From: Selaginella moellendorffii
Taxonomy: Eukaryota > Plantae > Lycopodiophyta
DNA: 12,696 nucleotides
Assembly (NCBI RefSeq): GCF_000143415.4
Contig: NW_003314502.1
Span: forward strand, 32,690 to 45,385
Direction of reading: 5' to 3'
The notes under the pieces were generated by a model. The model did no database searches and was not told the DNA's origin. It was given only the letters and a program-made list of their open reading frames with translations. Made by a program: the position numbers and the translations under genes. Within the stretch, counting starts at the first letter, position 1. Every line of letters begins with the position of its first letter. This document shows positions 9,056 to 12,696 of the stretch, piece by piece.

Positions 9056-9694
9056 CAAACATGACGAGCATCACCGCGCGAGTTATGCTGTTATTCTCGG
9101 GCATCGCCCACTCGCCTGCGCTGCGCGAAACCCTGCACGAGGATCGTCCACGCTACCACATTCGTCTCGGGCATCCGATCCAGCACCTCTCTCGCTCGCC
9201 CAATCTCTCCGCCGCGAGCAAATCCCCGCAGCAGCGTCGCCCACGTCTTGCAGTTCCTCTCGGGCATCGCATCCGCCCGCAATCGCCCAGCGCCTTGACC
9301 ATCACAGTGGAGGAAACTACGTCCCACACCGCCATTTGATCGAACGCTGTCTTGGCCTCGCCCAGATGCCCACTCTCGGCATACGCGCTCGCGAGCGCCG
9401 TCCACGATGCGATGTTCTTGGCCGGCACTGCATCAAAGATCCTTCTCGATTCCTCCAAATGCCCACACCACGCGTAGACAACCAGCGTTTCCATACATAA
9501 TATCTATACTGATGACTTATGATTAGTAACCACAAGTCATAAAGGTCAAGTACATAATGAAACTTCAAACAATTAAACACTGAATAGAGGAAATTGCTAA
9601 GCCAAAGTCCACCAAGATCATCACATTTATACTATTTACTGACTCCAGCAAAAACAAACATAAACTACTCATCCTCCATTAATTCTATATTGCA

Positions 9695-10082
9695 TGTTAT
9701 GAAAGAGAGTGGAGGAGAGAGAATAGGAGGACTTTTGTTATTTGTTGGTGATAGAGAAGAAGCACAAGAAATAGAACTCTTATTATCCATAAATGTCAAA
9801 AGAGCATAAGAATATTTTTTAGCATATTATTGACATTTCACATCATGAACAATAATTATGTTATAACATGGAACGAAAAGTCAACAATCTAGTCTTCCTA
9901 GACTAGATTATGCCTCCTCTTGAAGTTCCTCACCGCCTAACCACCCCCAAACTACTTCAAAAGCTCTTCTACACTACCCCTCCATTGTGAACCCTAAGGT
10001 AGGTTAAATTTTTTATACTAACATGCCTTCATAAACCTTTGAGCCTGACCGACATTGATTATGTCAAAGTTGGTGCCTAACA
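9695..10082 (-). repeat. 3' LTR of the gypsy element (about 388 bp)
   Basis: The minus strand begins TGTTAGG at 10082, 2 nt after the PPT, contains TATAAAAA, and ends in pyrimidine-rich ...ctccactctctttcaTAACA at 9695 (TGTTA...TAACA inverted ends). An alternative end at 9859 is possible. Confidence 0.65.
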
Positions 10083-10084
10083 AA

Positions 10085-10094
10085 TCTTCCCCCC
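10085..10094 (-). other. Polypurine tract (GGGGGGAAGA)
   Basis: Plus-strand TCTTCCCCCC; on the minus strand it is followed by TT and then the LTR start TG. Confidence 0.8.
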
Positions 10095-10229
10095 AACAAA
10101 GTTTTTGTCCCAAGGACAAATTGTACCGGTGATCACCCTTTCTGGGGAACCCTACTCAAGCTCTTGATCCATCTTCCATAGCTGTATACATCAAAGAGGT
10201 ATTGGGCCCATCACTCCAAGATAGTACAC

Positions 10230-11250
10230 CTTTCAACTGGCTAACATAGCTGGCAGCCCCACTCAATAAGCCGCTTTACCAATGCACTCCAGCATTTTAT
10301 ATGGACTAGCATACTAATGAGAAAGTTTATCACTCTTCCCATTTCACAAAGGCATTAAGATGTTTTATTGCTCATTTGACAAAAAGATCATTCACACAAA
10401 GACAAGATCACCCATCTTATATTCCCGAAATTAGTGATGCTCATTAGCTCTCCGCTCTATCCTAAGTTGCTTGCAAGTTCTGTTTGCACACCACCAAAAT
10501 CTCATCAAGTTTCGTGGTTAGATCAGTCGCCTCTAAATCAATTTTTTTTTAACATCCTTACTCAAATGCAATTCCAACTTCACCACTGTTTGAGGATGCC
10601 TTTTAAATATGGCAAAGTAAGGATTTAGCTTGGTTCCACTGTGTTGGTTATTATTATAGGCAAATTGCACCAACTAAATATATAAATCCCATTGTCCTTG
10701 CCTTTGAACAATGCTTATCCTCTACCACTTGATTCACATGCTTGGTTTGCTTATCTGTCTGAGGATGATCTCCACTCAAGAGTTTCAAAGTCATTTGCAT
10801 AGCCTTTGCAAAGCTCTTCCAAAATCCACTAGTGAACTTTGAATCTCGAATATCTTCCGGCAAACTAAAATCAGGAAAAACCTTCTCCAAGTAGACTGTA
10901 GCCAAGTCTAAGCCAGTGACACTCTTCCGAAGAGCCAACAACTATACATACTTTGTCAAACAATCCACTATAACCCATACTTGCTCTTTTTGCCTTTATG
11001 TTCGTGGCAAACAAGTGATGAAGTCCATAAAGATACTACACCAATAACTCTGAGGAATAAGTAAAGGTTGCAAAAGTCCCCCCGGCTTCTCCCGTGGCAC
11101 TTTACTGGCTGACAGAGCTCACATGACTTACAATACTCAAGGATATCAGCCTTCATATTCCTCCAATATAAATTGTGCTTAATCAACTCATATATCTTCT
11201 TCCCCCCAAAATGACTAGCCTTTGGACGATCATGATAGTGAAATAAAACC
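10230..11250 (-). pseudogene. Gypsy integrase remnant (HHCC zinc finger, core, GPY/F motif)
   Basis: YHDRPKASHFGGKKIYELIKHNLYWRNMKADILEYCKSCELCQ; MDFITCLP; RDSKFTSGFWK...DHPQTDKQTKHVNQVVE; YASPYKMLECIGKAAY*...VSQLK. Multiple frameshifts. Confidence 0.9.
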
Positions 11251-11469
11251 TAAGTAATTAATGCATCCACCCATGGCAAATACACATGACCATTGTAGTA
11301 AAGAATCCCATCCACCAATGAGAAAGGTGCTTCCATCTGGGCTTGCAATGAGACCACCTCAACATCTTGAGCTTGAGCACGCTCAACCAACTACCCAAAC
11401 TTGCTAACCACCTTACTCAAATGATGACAAAACCGTGTTTGTAACACAATCACATGACAAACACGAGAT

Positions 11470-12696
11470 AAAACATCCATTACCACATTTAATTTTCTCA
11501 GACGATGCTCAATAGGAAATTCCCCAAACTCCATGAGTTTGACCATCCAACGAACTTACCTAGTGTTTAACTCCTTTTGTGTGAAAAGATATACAAGGGG
11601 TTTGTGATTTATCAACACCGTGAACACTGCACCATAAAGATAGTGCCGCCACGTCCGCAAAGCATGAACAATGGAGAGTAACTTTTACCTTTTACTTATA
11701 TGTCAAATAACGTTGCTCCATGGGATTCAAAATTCGACTCTTATATGCAATAGGCTATCCTTCTTACATGAGAACTCTTCCTAGTGCATAACCACTCACA
11801 TCACATGTCACTTCATAAGGTTTTGATGGATCAGCAATGCAAAGCACTGGAGCCTCGCTCAATAACCGTTTCAACGCCACAAAACTATCCTTATATGGCT
11901 TCTTCCACTCAAATGGCACATTTTTGTGCAACAATCGTATCAAAGGAATAGCCACCTCTGAAAACTTATGCTGAAAATATAGGTAGTAATTAGCCATACC
12001 AACGAAATTTCGTAACTCAGTCACTAAAGTCGGTGTAGGCTAGTTCTCCACCATAGCCACCTTCCTTGGATCTGTCTTGACATCATTGGATGTCATAATA
12101 TGGCTTAGATATTCCACCTCTGACTTTGCAAACTCACATTTTCTCTTCTTCACATAAAATTTGTTGTCATAGAATAATAAAAGAACCTTGCACAAATGCA
12201 CCTTATGCTCCTTTATATTCTTGTTGAAAACAAGAATATCATCCAAGAAAATCTCCACAAACTCATGAAGATAACACCCAAAGACCTTTGTCATCAACCG
12301 AGTAAATATGGCTGATGCATTCATTAAACCAAACAGCATAACCGTAAACTCAAAATGCCCGAAACTCGTGTTGAATGCCATCTTGGAGATAAATGCATCA
12401 TCCATGGCAATTTGATGATATCCACTCCTCAGATCAATCCTAGTAAACACTTGTGCTTCACCAAGCTTGTCTAAGATATTATCCACATGCGGCATCGGCA
12501 TTTTGTCCTTTACGGTCTTCTTATTCAAGGCATAGTAGTCAATACACATCCTCATTAAACCATCCTTCTTCTTCACAAGCAAAACTAGAGCACTAAACGG
12601 AGACTTACTTGGTTAAATAAGTCCAAACTTAAGTAACTCCTTGACTTGTTGTTGACTTCTTGCTCCTCAGCATAACTCAACTGAAATGGACGCTAG
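11470..12696 (-). pseudogene. Gypsy reverse transcriptase and RNase H remnant
   Basis: PSKSPFSALVLLVKKKDGLMRMCIDYYALNKKT, IDLRSGYHQI, FEFTVMLFGL, IFLDDILVF, TELRNFVGMANYY, VTCDVSGYALG, LLSIVHALRTWRHYLYG. Premature stops at 12613-12615, 12040-12042 and 11764-11766. Confidence 0.96.

Larger units (their letters stand above)
8131..9500 (-). pseudogene. PLS-class PPR-E pseudogene (tandem short motifs, P2-L2-S2, E motif, no DYW), frameshifted and apparently 5'-truncated
   Basis: Repeats such as NIASWTALASAYAESGHLGEAKTAFDQM and DLVSWNSIIAVYAQRGRFKDA; SWNTMLAAYAQTGH...GFDPDKAAFAIVLTACSYLGLVKEAVSYFTAMSVDNGLDPSQE; after the gap TFLTACK/HGEMNRGMHAAE...PYVMLENIFRAVQT* (TGA at 8131-8133). Frameshifts at about 9270, 9103 and 8247. 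Confidence 0.92.
9695..12696 (-). mobile_element. Decayed Ty3/gypsy LTR retrotransposon (chromovirus-like), 3' portion; continues beyond the window
   Basis: Domain order RT-RNaseH-integrase, followed by PPT and LTR; many in-frame stops and frameshifts. Confidence 0.93.

Noticed and set aside
8397-9500. Plus-strand ORFs up to 205 aa opposite the PPR gene
   Set aside because: Antisense shadows of the PPR repeats.
1179-10082. Idea that the two LTRs bound one large element carrying the PPR and fucosidase genes
   Set aside because: The LTRs share no visible similarity, the left one has its own TSD pair, and the right one faces pol on its other side.

Overview
Eukaryotic (land-plant) nuclear DNA, not prokaryotic. 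Short-motif PLS-class PPR genes, a GH29 fucosidase with short GT-AG introns and Ty3/gypsy debris fit a lycophyte such as Selaginella (inference). No intact protein-coding gene is evident. Left to right: AT-rich spacer; a 1837-bp solo LTR (1179-3015; TGTAAGC...GCTTACA, TSD CTTGT) containing a CTCGGA-derived tandem array that explains the odd low-complexity ORFs; a frameshifted PPR pseudogene (-) head-to-head with a three-exon alpha-L-fucosidase pseudogene (+, two frameshifts); a possible older PPR E-motif relic; a second frameshifted PPR-E pseudogene (-) spanning a 121-N gap; and the 3' part of a decayed Ty3/gypsy retrotransposon (-; RT, RNase H, integrase, PPT, 3' LTR) running off the right end. 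The most notable window-wide signal is that the pseudogenes appear to be broken mainly by short deletions whose junctions read as microhomology. I found no convincing evidence of a new biological system.
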